Shown: positions 36,523 to 44,897 of the stretch, in pieces | Layout of the letters: each line of letters starts with the position of its first letter | Numbering within the stretch: position 1 is the stretch's first letter | NCBI GenBank assembly: GCA_021824065.1 | Contig: JAKALU010000002.1 | Coordinates: 11,243-75,242, forward strand | Origin: Nitrospirota bacterium | GTDB taxonomy: Bacteria > Nitrospirota > Thermodesulfovibrionia > Thermodesulfovibrionales > UBA1546 | Direction of reading: 5' to 3' | Length of the DNA stretch: 64,000 nt | Notes under the pieces: generated by a model | Told to the model about the DNA's origin: nothing | Database searches by the model: none | What the model saw: the letters and a program-made list of their open reading frames with translations, nothing else | Position numbers and translations under genes: made by a program

Positions 36523-36777
36523 TTAACCTATCAGTTTATTATAGTCTTCATGGCTGCCGATCCAAAACCATAGCAGCCCATCGGAAACCTCAACAGCAAC
36601 TGCACGGTAATGCAAACCAACCCGAACAGACCAATAACGGCCAACTTTCTTAAGATGTAACGAAGGATGATAAGGGTCATTTTTTAGTAACGAGAAATTT
36701 CTGTCTGCAAGTGCTTGAATGGACCGCGGCAGTGCTTTATAGAATCCCCAAAACTCTGGTGAGGCAAAATGTTTCAA
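36523..36777 (-). CDS. type II toxin, RelE/ParE superfamily
   Basis: NP.HPSLHLKKV..YWSVRVG..YRAV..WFWIGSHEDY pattern; 4-nt overlap with upstream antitoxin-like gene. Confidence 0.7.
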   Translation of the reverse strand: MKHFASPEFWGFYKALPRSIQALADRNFSLLKNDPYHPSLHLKKVGRYWSVRVGLHYRAVAVEVSDGLLWFWIGSHEDYNKLIG

Positions 36778-36974
36778 ATTTCGGAGCAGCGACCGGACTT
36801 AAACGACTTGAGGGCGGCCTCGGCCAATGAGTCAAGTTTTCCCGTCAGAGCATCTTTCTCAAACTGACGGTCCCATACCTCTGCGTCAAAATTCCAAAAC
36901 CATTTCCGAAAAGCCTGAAGTTCATCAGGCTTTAATCCTTGAACTTCTTTTTCAATTTCTTCTATTTTACTCAT
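36774..36974 (-). CDS. addiction-module antitoxin-like protein
   Basis: 66 aa, translationally coupled to the toxin; 57% GC in the 60 nt counted. Confidence 0.6.
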   Translation of the reverse strand: MSKIEEIEKEVQGLKPDELQAFRKWFWNFDAEVWDRQFEKDALTGKLDSLAEAALKSFKSGRCSEI

Positions 36975-37071
36975 CCTGATAACTCCTTTCTTCTCCTGGA
37001 ACTATTTTAACAAAATTTGTTTTTAGAAGCTATACTTGTCGAGTTGGGTGCGTCAAGCGGTAAATCTGCGG

Positions 37072-38244
37072 TTAACTAACTTTGATCTTCTCGGCAATAT
37101 CTTTAATTATTTTTGCAGACTCTTTCGGCTTTGTCTGCAGGATGAGATGGGGGCCGGGAATAAGATAGGCGTGGACGTCTTGCCGAATGCGCTGTATATC
37201 ACGCAGATTTCGGCGGGAAGCTACCATGTCATTTTCACCCCCAAGATAAAAGACAGGGGCAGGACACTGCTTTAGTTCGCGTTCTACATTAACAGATAAT
37301 ATTTCTCTTGCGCGAATTGCCATTACCGATGGACTCACCTGAGCATGTGCTTTACTCAGGAGGTTCAGGAGCGACGATGTTGAATATCCGGCTATAAGTG
37401 TTTTTGCCATTATGAACTGTCGAGCGAAATGAAAAACAAAATCCTTCGCAAAGATACTCGCCCATTTCGGTATCCATGAGACAGGGTTATGAATAAATGA
37501 AGCACATAAGATCACTGCTAATAGGTTAGAGTGGCGCTGATTAGCAACCATGAGTGCTAAAGGTCCTGAGAATGACTCGCCCAGTAAAATAAATGGCTCC
37601 TGCAAAGGTAAAGCGTTGAGTACTATTGGAAGAAGTTCCTTGTACGTCATTGGTTGATCTGATGGATATGAGATTACGGTCGGTCTTATTTCTTTAGGCA
37701 GGGCATTCAGCAGCGGCTCAAATAGCAGACCTGTCCCATCCATGCCGGGAAGGAGCACAAGGTGGATGTTGTTCTTGGTATCCGACTTCCTGACTACTTC
37801 ATACATCTCCTTCACTGTCTTCCCAATAACCGGATGTCTTTTATCAGGCGCAATCTCGGATAATGGCTTTAAAACAAAATCCCTTTCATGCATTAAAGGA
37901 TGGGGGATTTTTAATTCCGGCAAATCTAAAATCAGGTCGTCATACAAAAGTATATCGAGGTCGATGATACGAGGTCCCCATTTGATTGTCTCTGTTCTTC
38001 CAATCTGTTTCTCTATATTTTTTAAAACACTCAACAGTTCCTCTGGCTTTTTATCTGTTTCTATCTCAATCGCCATGTTGATAAACTTAGGCTGGTCTTT
38101 CACCCCCCACGGCTCGGTCTCATACATCGAGGATTGCTTTTTTACAACTATTCCATTTTCTTTAAGAAGGCGTATTGCCTCCTTGCAGTTATCTTCTCTG
38201 TTGCCAAGATTTGAGCCGATGCCAATGTATGCAATTGAGTTCAT
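37072..38244 (-). CDS. folK: FolK (HPPK) fused to a complete alpha/beta-hydrolase domain
   Basis: N-terminal IGIGSNLG..ETEPWG..GPRIIDLDILL HPPK; C-terminal GESFSG nucleophile elbow, ENDMV Asp, GPHL His; single uninterrupted frame. Confidence 0.8.
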   Translation of the reverse strand: MNSIAYIGIGSNLGNREDNCKEAIRLLKENGIVVKKQSSMYETEPWGVKDQPKFINMAIEIETDKKPEELLSVLKNIEKQIGRTETIKWGPRIIDLDILLYDDLILDLPELKIPHPLMHERDFVLKPLSEIAPDKRHPVIGKTVKEMYEVVRKSDTKNNIHLVLLPGMDGTGLLFEPLLNALPKEIRPTVISYPSDQPMTYKELLPIVLNALPLQEPFILLGESFSGPLALMVANQRHSNLLAVILCASFIHNPVSWIPKWASIFAKDFVFHFARQFIMAKTLIAGYSTSSLLNLLSKAHAQVSPSVMAIRAREILSVNVERELKQCPAPVFYLGGENDMVASRRNLRDIQRIRQDVHAYLIPGPHLILQTKPKESAKIIKDIAEKIKVS

Positions 38245-38292
38245 TGAGTTTTTGTGTTTATTGGGTTTGTTGGGTTTTAAGTTCAAAATACT

Positions 38293-39468
38293 CTATAAAC
38301 TCAATAAACTGTTTTTTATCCTCTCAACCGCCTCTTTTATTCTTTTCACAGGCACTGTGAGCGCAAACCTCACATATCCTTCTCCTATCGCTCCAAATCC
38401 ATTACCCGGAGTTATAAGAATCCCGGTTTTGTCGAGCAAGTGTGCAACAAAACTGGATGAGTCAAAGCCCGATGGCACTTTTGCCCAGAGATAAAAGGTT
38501 GCCTTTGGTTTTATGAGATGAAGGCCGAGTTTTCTCAAGCCATTATAAAGCGCATCCCTTCTTTTCTGGTACGTACTTCTTATATCTGATAGGATAGAGT
38601 CATCTGTATTTAATGCAACAATAGAAGCCTCCTGTACTGCCTGAAATACCCCTGAATCGAGATTTGTTTTTATCTTGCCAAGCCCTGCAAGAATATCTTT
38701 GTTTCCAACAGCAAAACCAATCCTCCAGCCTGTCATGTTATAGGTCTTTGAGAGGGAATGCATCTCTATCCCCACATCTTTTGCCCCTTTAAGCTCAAGG
38801 AAACTAATCGGTTTTTCGTCATCATAATAAATCTCTGAATAGGCTGCATCATGGCATACGATGATATTGTATTTCTGTGCAAGGCGTATAACCTCTTTAT
38901 AAAATTCTGCAGGTGCAGTCGCAGACGTGGGATTGTTAGGATAGTTTATGAACATAAGTTTTGCTTTCCTGAGGATGCTTTTGGGAATTTCATCTAAATC
39001 AGGAAGAAAATCATTTTCCTCTGTCAATGGCATTATATAGCTTTTGCCTCCTGCGAATAATGTCCCGACAGGATACACGGGGTAGCCAGGGGAGGGGACG
39101 AGTACGATGTCTCCTGGATTTACGAAAGCCAGAGGAATGTGGCCTATTCCTTCTTTTGAGCCTATTAAAGAAAGCACTTCTGTTTCTGGATTCAATTTTA
39201 CATTAAATCGTTTTTTATACCATCTTGCGACAGCCTCTCTGTAAGAAAGCATGCCTTCATATGAGGGATAGCGGTGGTGAGCCGGGTTTTCCACTGCCTT
39301 TTTCATTGCGGCTACAATATGCTTTAGCGTCGGGATATCAGGGTCGCCTATGCTCAGGTCTATCAGGTCAACCCCTTTTTTAATCGCCTCCTGTTTCATC
39401 TTGTCTATTGCAGCAAAAAGATACGGTGGAAGATTTTTCACTCTCTCGGATAACTGGACAGATATCAT
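38293..39468 (-). CDS. class I/II aminotransferase, LL-diaminopimelate aminotransferase-like
   Basis: LPPYLFAAID..IDLSIGDPD, SLSKTYNMTGWRIG PLP-lysine motif. Confidence 0.65.
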   Translation of the reverse strand: MISVQLSERVKNLPPYLFAAIDKMKQEAIKKGVDLIDLSIGDPDIPTLKHIVAAMKKAVENPAHHRYPSYEGMLSYREAVARWYKKRFNVKLNPETEVLSLIGSKEGIGHIPLAFVNPGDIVLVPSPGYPVYPVGTLFAGGKSYIMPLTEENDFLPDLDEIPKSILRKAKLMFINYPNNPTSATAPAEFYKEVIRLAQKYNIIVCHDAAYSEIYYDDEKPISFLELKGAKDVGIEMHSLSKTYNMTGWRIGFAVGNKDILAGLGKIKTNLDSGVFQAVQEASIVALNTDDSILSDIRSTYQKRRDALYNGLRKLGLHLIKPKATFYLWAKVPSGFDSSSFVAHLLDKTGILITPGNGFGAIGEGYVRFALTVPVKRIKEAVERIKNSLLSL

Positions 39469-39538
39469 TATTCAAAGCTCCTTCCCTGAATTTTTTGCTA
39501 TCTATTATATACGATAAAATCTTTAAACGTATAAAAAA

Positions 39539-39568
39539 TTTGACATGTGACATACTAAATATTTAGAA
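39539..39568 (+). promoter_or_regulatory. sigma-70-type promoter candidate (TTGACA-N18-TAGAAT)
   Basis: ttgacatgtgacatactaaatatttagaat, 19 nt before the ATG with SD agggga. Confidence 0.35.
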
Positions 39569-39587
39569 TTACCGCAGGGGAACAGAT

Positions 39588-40613
39588 ATGAGTAAAAAAC
39601 AATGGGAGTCATATTTTGATGCAATAAAGAACCAGAACTGGGAAAAGGCGCTGGATTCCCTCAACTCTGTCCTTAAGAATGAACCCAAAAATCCGCAGGT
39701 ACATCTAAAAATCGGAGATGTTTTTCAGAAAGCAGGCGATATGAGCAATGCAGTAGCAGCCTACCACCAGTCTGCATGGCTCCTGATGAAGGAGGGTTTT
39801 TTGCAGAAGGCGCTTGCCATCTTCAAGATAATCCTTCGGCTTGACCCTAATAATGCTGAAGCCATAAATAAATCTAAAGAGTTGCTGATGGAACTCGAGA
39901 GCTCAAAGATGAAATCAGCATTAGTAATTCCTTCTCTTGAGACAAAAATCGAGGTGAGCGAACAAGAGGTTGCAGCCGAATTCGAACCATCGGCTGGGGC
40001 AAAATTCGAATTGGAAACTGAACAGAAAGCTGAAATTGAGCCGCCTGCAAAAATAGAGGATTTTCTTGAGAGGACGTCTTATGCTGAAGAACCTTTGAAG
40101 GCAAAAACTCCGGTTGAGATACCGGGGCAGGCAGAAATTGGAATACAACCAGAAACAGGAGTATCAGAGATTCGCCGTGGCGAAGAAGAACCTGTTTTAT
40201 ACATTCCATTTCTGGAATCTCTGCCCAAGAATGAAATAAAACAGTTGGTTGGGAGAATCGAACCACAATCATTTTTGCCTGGACAGATGATAGTTGAGGA
40301 GGGGGATTCCGGCGATTCAATCTTTGTTATAAAATCAGGGAATGCAAAGGTTGTTGCGCATATTCTCGGTAAAGAAATAGAGCTTGCAACTCTGTCTGCT
40401 GGTGATGTATTTGGTGAGGTGGCATTTCTCACTGGAAGGCCGAGAACTGCCTCGGTAATCGCAACAGATAATCTTAAGATCATAGAATTCAACAGGCTTC
40501 TTCTTGAGGAGATATTCGATAAGTATCCTGATATACTGAGAAAGCTTGAGGATTTTTATCAATCCCATGTGCAGGATACGCTTCAAAAGGTAAAGACCAA
40601 AATTAAAAAATAG
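39588..40613 (+). CDS. TPR plus cyclic-nucleotide-binding domain protein
   Basis: N-terminal TPR-like helices; C-terminal FLPGQMIVEEGDSGDSIFVIKSG..GDVFGEVAFLTGRPRTASV cNMP-binding signature. Confidence 0.75.
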   Translation: MSKKQWESYFDAIKNQNWEKALDSLNSVLKNEPKNPQVHLKIGDVFQKAGDMSNAVAAYHQSAWLLMKEGFLQKALAIFKIILRLDPNNAEAINKSKELLMELESSKMKSALVIPSLETKIEVSEQEVAAEFEPSAGAKFELETEQKAEIEPPAKIEDFLERTSYAEEPLKAKTPVEIPGQAEIGIQPETGVSEIRRGEEEPVLYIPFLESLPKNEIKQLVGRIEPQSFLPGQMIVEEGDSGDSIFVIKSGNAKVVAHILGKEIELATLSAGDVFGEVAFLTGRPRTASVIATDNLKIIEFNRLLLEEIFDKYPDILRKLEDFYQSHVQDTLQKVKTKIKK

Positions 40614-40647
40614 GGCACTAATAATTTTAGTGCCCTATTTTTGTTTT
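40611..40647. terminator. bidirectional intrinsic terminator between convergent genes
   Basis: tagggcacta-ataattt-tagtgcccta perfect 10-bp stem flanked by an A-run upstream and tttttgtttt downstream. Confidence 0.7.
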
Positions 40648-40660
40648 AAAAATGTACTAA

Positions 40661-41074
40661 TTAATAACCAGCTGCTGGTTTCTTTGCTGGCTCAGTTTTC
40701 TTTGCTGGCTCGGCCTTCTTTTCAGCCTTCTTTTCAGCCTTTGCTTTAGCCTTTGTCACTTTTTTTGCGGTATTCTTGCCGTCTGCTGAGGAGTATTTTA
40801 CTGTAACCTTGTCACCAGCTTTGACATCTTTGAGTGTCTTGTCATCAACGCCTATGACAACATCACCCTTTTTACCCTTTACAGTGATGGTTTTTGCTGC
40901 TGCATCAACTGCTGCTATTTCACCAGTAACCTGTACTACCTTAGCCTTCTTCTCTTTTGCAGGAGCAGCCTCTTTCTTTGCAGGCTCAGCCTTTTTTGCT
41001 TCTGCTGCAATGGATACTGATGCAACTGCAAATACAAAGAGCATTGCTACGATAAGTGCTATTATTTTCTTCAC
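40661..41074 (-). CDS. secreted Lys/Ala-rich protein, unknown function
   Basis: GTG start 5 nt after SD ggaggtg; signal peptide ..SIAAEA; AKKxEPAKK repeats flank a small beta-rich core. Confidence 0.6.
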   Translation of the reverse strand: MKKIIALIVAMLFVFAVASVSIAAEAKKAEPAKKEAAPAKEKKAKVVQVTGEIAAVDAAAKTITVKGKKGDVVIGVDDKTLKDVKAGDKVTVKYSSADGKNTAKKVTKAKAKAEKKAEKKAEPAKKTEPAKKPAAGY

Positions 41075-41115
41075 GAAATCACCTCCCTTCAAAATGTATT
41101 TGAAGAAAGGTGACT

Positions 41116-41131
41116 AACAAAAATCATGCCA
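41116..41131 (-). promoter_or_regulatory. sigma-54-type promoter candidate TGGCAT-N5-TTGTT
   Basis: Minus strand reads ctgcTGGCATgatttTTGTTag, about 40 nt upstream of the GTG at 41074 and just downstream of the NtrC-type regulator gene. Confidence 0.45.
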
Positions 41132-41172
41132 GCAGCAATCAGGCTTGTGCTGTTAAGGTTTTAAGAAAATGT

Positions 41173-42561
41173 CTATCCCTTTTGGGAAGCATTTTCCTTT
41201 TTTGGGGAGGTGTCGATGCCAAACTTTTCCCACCTATACCAGAAGGTCTTATAACTCATACCGAGCAGTCTCGCGGCCTTTGCAGCAACATTGTTAGCCT
41301 TACGCATAGCCTTTTTTAAAAGATCCTTCTCGAGTTCCTCGAAATTTATACCCTCATCAGGAATATCGAAATCAAGGATTCCGGTCCCCTGCGAGGATCT
41401 TAGTTCACTCTTTATGTCTTTAAGGTTTATGAAAGTGCCCTCGCACATAAGTACTGCGCGCTCTATGACAGATTCGAGTTGTCTTATATTGCCTGGCCAG
41501 TAATATTCGATGAGAGATTTCATTGCATTTTCTTCTGCCCCTTTAACTCTTTTCCCGAATTCCTGGTTATATTTATTTATAAAAAAATCTGTCAGGGCTG
41601 GGATATCCTCCTTTCTTTCGCGTAGAGGCGGAAGTTCTATGGTTATTACCTTTAGTCTGTAGTATAGATCTTCTCTAAAGCCTCCCTTCTGCAACTCTTT
41701 TTCAATGTCTTTATTTGTAGCAGCAATGATTCTAACATTGACCTTAATCGTATCTTTTCCCCCAAGCCTTCTTATCTCTTTGTCCTGCAGTACACGCAAT
41801 ATTTTGGACTGGGTCATATGGGGAAGGTCGCCGACCTCATCTAAGAAAAGTGTGCCATTGTTTGTAGCCTCGATAAGACCTACTCGTCTTGAAAGTGCGC
41901 CGGTAAATGCCCCTGGCTCGTAGCCAAAAAGTTCGCTTTCAAGAAGGTTTTCAGGGATGGCAGCGCAGTTTATTGCTGTGAATGGTTTTGTGCGTCTTAT
42001 ACTGTTATAGTGTATAGCCCTTGCCACAAGCTCTTTGCCTGTCCCGCTCTCTCCGAGAATGAGCACAGTAGCGGGGCTTGAAGATACTTTTTTCATGATC
42101 TCCACTGCTTCTGCCATTTTTTTTGATTGACCGATGATGCCCTCTATTTTGAACTTGTCAAATAGAGCTTTCTGAAGCTGTAGATTTTCTTTCAGTAGTT
42201 CAGCCCTTTCAAAAGCCCTCTTAACCGTTATAAGAAGTACGTCTTTATCGAGAGGCTTTGTGAGATAATCAAATGCACCCTTCTTCATGGCCTCAACTGC
42301 AGACGAAACAGTTCCATAAGCAGTCATAATAATAACAGCGGGTGCAATTTTCTCCTTCTGCACTTCGCTGAGAAGCTCCACCCCTGTCATCTCACCTAAC
42401 TTGAGGTCAGTTAGGATGACATCCGGACTGAATGTCTGTGCAATCTTCACAGCCTCTTCACCTGAAGATGCTATATAAGTTTCATAACCGCTGTCTTCGA
42501 GTATTGTCTTTAAGATGTTTCTTTGCAAGGGTTCGTCGTCAACGACGAGTATATTCGGCAC
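41173..42561 (-). CDS. sigma-54-dependent response regulator (REC-AAA+-Fis HTH, NtrC family)
   Basis: REC with DLKLGEM, GESGTGKE Walker A, GAFTGA sigma-54 contact loop, C-terminal HTH. Confidence 0.9.
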   Translation of the reverse strand: MPNILVVDDEPLQRNILKTILEDSGYETYIASSGEEAVKIAQTFSPDVILTDLKLGEMTGVELLSEVQKEKIAPAVIIMTAYGTVSSAVEAMKKGAFDYLTKPLDKDVLLITVKRAFERAELLKENLQLQKALFDKFKIEGIIGQSKKMAEAVEIMKKVSSSPATVLILGESGTGKELVARAIHYNSIRRTKPFTAINCAAIPENLLESELFGYEPGAFTGALSRRVGLIEATNNGTLFLDEVGDLPHMTQSKILRVLQDKEIRRLGGKDTIKVNVRIIAATNKDIEKELQKGGFREDLYYRLKVITIELPPLRERKEDIPALTDFFINKYNQEFGKRVKGAEENAMKSLIEYYWPGNIRQLESVIERAVLMCEGTFINLKDIKSELRSSQGTGILDFDIPDEGINFEELEKDLLKKAMRKANNVAAKAARLLGMSYKTFWYRWEKFGIDTSPKKENASQKG

Positions 42562-42607
42562 TATCCTAATCCTCCGTTAGAAGCAATGATTACGATACAC
42601 ATTGCTA

Positions 42608-44056
42608 TTACACAGCAGAAATGCCAGATGTTTGTTGAATTGGCAAGGTTATTATCACTTCACTTCCCTTTCCTACGGCGCTGTGAAGGTCTACTTTCCC
42701 TCCGTGTTCCTCAACTACCCTTTTTGTCATTGCAAGCCCCAGTCCAAGCCCGTTTTTCTTTGTGGTAAAGAATGGGTCAAAGACCTTTGATAACTCATCC
42801 TTTGGTATCCCCACACCTGTATCGCTGATAAGTATTGAGAGCGTTCCGTATGCGCTCTCTGTCTTTATAGTCAGTGTCCCACCGTCAGGCATTGCCTGAA
42901 ATGCATTCAATATAACATTAAATATGCATGTCTTTATAAGATCAGGGTCTAAGTTCAGCATCTGAAGTGTATTGTAATCTTTTATTATGTTTATTTTTTC
43001 TGCATCTGCCTTTGCCCATATTATCTCTATTATATCTTCAAAGAGTTTGTTAATATCCACTTCTCTAAGATTAAGTTTCATTGGTCTTCCATAGTCAAGA
43101 AAATCTTCCACAAGCTTATTTAACCGTTGGATTTCTTGTTTTATGTTCAATATCAGAGAGCCAAATCTCTCAGCATCTTTATTGCTACAAGGGTAATATT
43201 TTTCTTTTATATGATCCACGCTGAGGCTTATAAAGTTCAATGGATTTCTTATCTCATGGGCTATGCTTCTCGAAAGCTGGCCGATACCGGAAAGGTGTTC
43301 AGCCTCGCGTAACTTTTCTTCGAGCTGACGCTGCTCATGCAATTTCCGACTCATGAAATTAAAGCTCTGCGTAAGCTCTCCAATCTCATCTTTGCGTTTA
43401 GTAATAAGGGTCTGGTTAAAATCACCTGCTGCGATTCTTTTTGCAGCGGAAACGACATTATGTATCGGTTTTGTATATCTCCAGGACAGGAACATTGCGA
43501 TGCCAATACCGACTGCAAAGACCATAAGGGTGCTTACAACCCTCTTTATCATATTTGTGCGCATGACTTTTGAGAAATCGTCTGTATTAATCTTCAGGTG
43601 GACGTATCCATAATGCTCTTCACCGGCAACAACAGGCAATATTACGTTGTATACCTTTCCCTCTTCTCTGGAAAGGGACTCACCTAATTCTGCCTTTATA
43701 ATAAGTTCCTTTTTTTTCGGACCCACGGGATTGCCGACCTTTGTCGGGTTTGTGCTTGCAATTATCTCATCTGCATTGCTGATTATAGATATCTCTTTCA
43801 CTCCCTTTGCATTCAGGCTCTTTAGATATTGGGAAAGTCTCATCTCATCTGTAGATCCCTGACTTGTTATCTCCTCAACGCCCACCTGAATTGCCTTTGA
43901 AAGCTCAACAATCTGAGACTCAAACTCTTTGATCATTGCCTTCTCGGACTGTATATATAGAACCATAAGGATTGATGTCATGACAAAGCTCAGAAAAAGC
44001 ATCATCAGGATAAGTTTTTTGTTCAGCGAGAGGCTCAGGAAAAAGTCTTTAAACAT
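42608..44056 (-). CDS. sensor histidine kinase (periplasmic domain-HAMP-HisKA-HATPase)
   Basis: Two TM segments, HAMP, AHEIRNPL H-box, DTGVG, GLGLGLA. Confidence 0.85.
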   Translation of the reverse strand: MFKDFFLSLSLNKKLILMMLFLSFVMTSILMVLYIQSEKAMIKEFESQIVELSKAIQVGVEEITSQGSTDEMRLSQYLKSLNAKGVKEISIISNADEIIASTNPTKVGNPVGPKKKELIIKAELGESLSREEGKVYNVILPVVAGEEHYGYVHLKINTDDFSKVMRTNMIKRVVSTLMVFAVGIGIAMFLSWRYTKPIHNVVSAAKRIAAGDFNQTLITKRKDEIGELTQSFNFMSRKLHEQRQLEEKLREAEHLSGIGQLSRSIAHEIRNPLNFISLSVDHIKEKYYPCSNKDAERFGSLILNIKQEIQRLNKLVEDFLDYGRPMKLNLREVDINKLFEDIIEIIWAKADAEKINIIKDYNTLQMLNLDPDLIKTCIFNVILNAFQAMPDGGTLTIKTESAYGTLSILISDTGVGIPKDELSKVFDPFFTTKKNGLGLGLAMTKRVVEEHGGKVDLHSAVGKGSEVIITLPIQQTSGISAV

Positions 44057-44165
44057 GATATTTAGCTTATCAGGTATGGAAATTGGAAATCAAGCAGTGG
44101 GCGCTTGATACCTAATATTGTAATGTGATATAGTGCCTGATAAATTTATTGAGGAGAAAGGATAA

Positions 44166-44813
44166 ATGGGAAAAGAAGAGACACTTAAAACAACGCTTAT
44201 TCAGTCGGTTATAAATTATGTTAGAGCAAATCATACGGATGCGATAGATAAGGCATACGAATATTTCTGGGATGAGAAATATCCCGAGGATTTTCTTCAA
44301 GGCACTGCTCTTGCTCTTGGGTTTATAAATTTTGAAGACTGGCTTATCTTTGATTATGAAACCAATGATAGTAAAGAGACATTTATTGACCTTTATATCA
44401 GAGACAACAGGGCATTAAAAGATGACGAATTGACCCTTCTGAATAAAATAAAAGGTGCTATATCGAGTCTCTACGAGGTTATATCTGTTTCTAAAAATAA
44501 GGGTGTTACAGTCAAAGATTTGCTTTTGAGTGGAGAATTTGTTTTGCGAGAGAAGACTCTGGCAAAAGGTTTGAAAAAAGGCGATATATTTGCGGCAAGA
44601 CTTTTAACACTCGATGGCAAATCCATCATGAGCGGCTGCGTTTATCCATATAAAGCAGGAGACAAAAAAACGATTCTCGATTATATAGACAGGCAGTTTG
44701 GCCGCTACAAAAGAAATGAAAAGCCTGATGGCACAATGAAGGATTTTTTAAAGGATTATGGCGATGTTTTTAATATTGTATGGATGAATCTTATTCTTAA
44801 TCAGTCTTCTTAG
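44166..44813 (+). CDS. hypothetical protein
   Basis: SD gaggag upstream; 215 aa, no recognised domain. Confidence 0.5.
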   Translation: MGKEETLKTTLIQSVINYVRANHTDAIDKAYEYFWDEKYPEDFLQGTALALGFINFEDWLIFDYETNDSKETFIDLYIRDNRALKDDELTLLNKIKGAISSLYEVISVSKNKGVTVKDLLLSGEFVLREKTLAKGLKKGDIFAARLLTLDGKSIMSGCVYPYKAGDKKTILDYIDRQFGRYKRNEKPDGTMKDFLKDYGDVFNIVWMNLILNQSS

Positions 44814-44897
44814 AAAACATAAAAAGTCTAAATTGTCCTTCTCTAAGAAAGCATATTAATGTAAAATGGTAATCAGAGAAGGCTTTAATAAAACTGT

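Noticed and set aside
37072-37790. Compositional evidence that the hydrolase half of the folK fusion is foreign
   Set aside because: Hand counts gave 40% GC in the hydrolase part (37261-37320) against 42% in the folK part (37921-37980), so there is no real difference.
37742-38494. 250-aa plus-strand ORF
   Set aside because: It is antisense to the folK fusion and the aminotransferase gene, both with recognisable motifs. It is a low-complexity shadow ORF. The same reasoning applies to 17546-18121 and 16712-17140 (antisense mutS), 19618-20148 (antisense dinG), 12101-12562, 2474-2896, 40079-40492 and 57955-58380.
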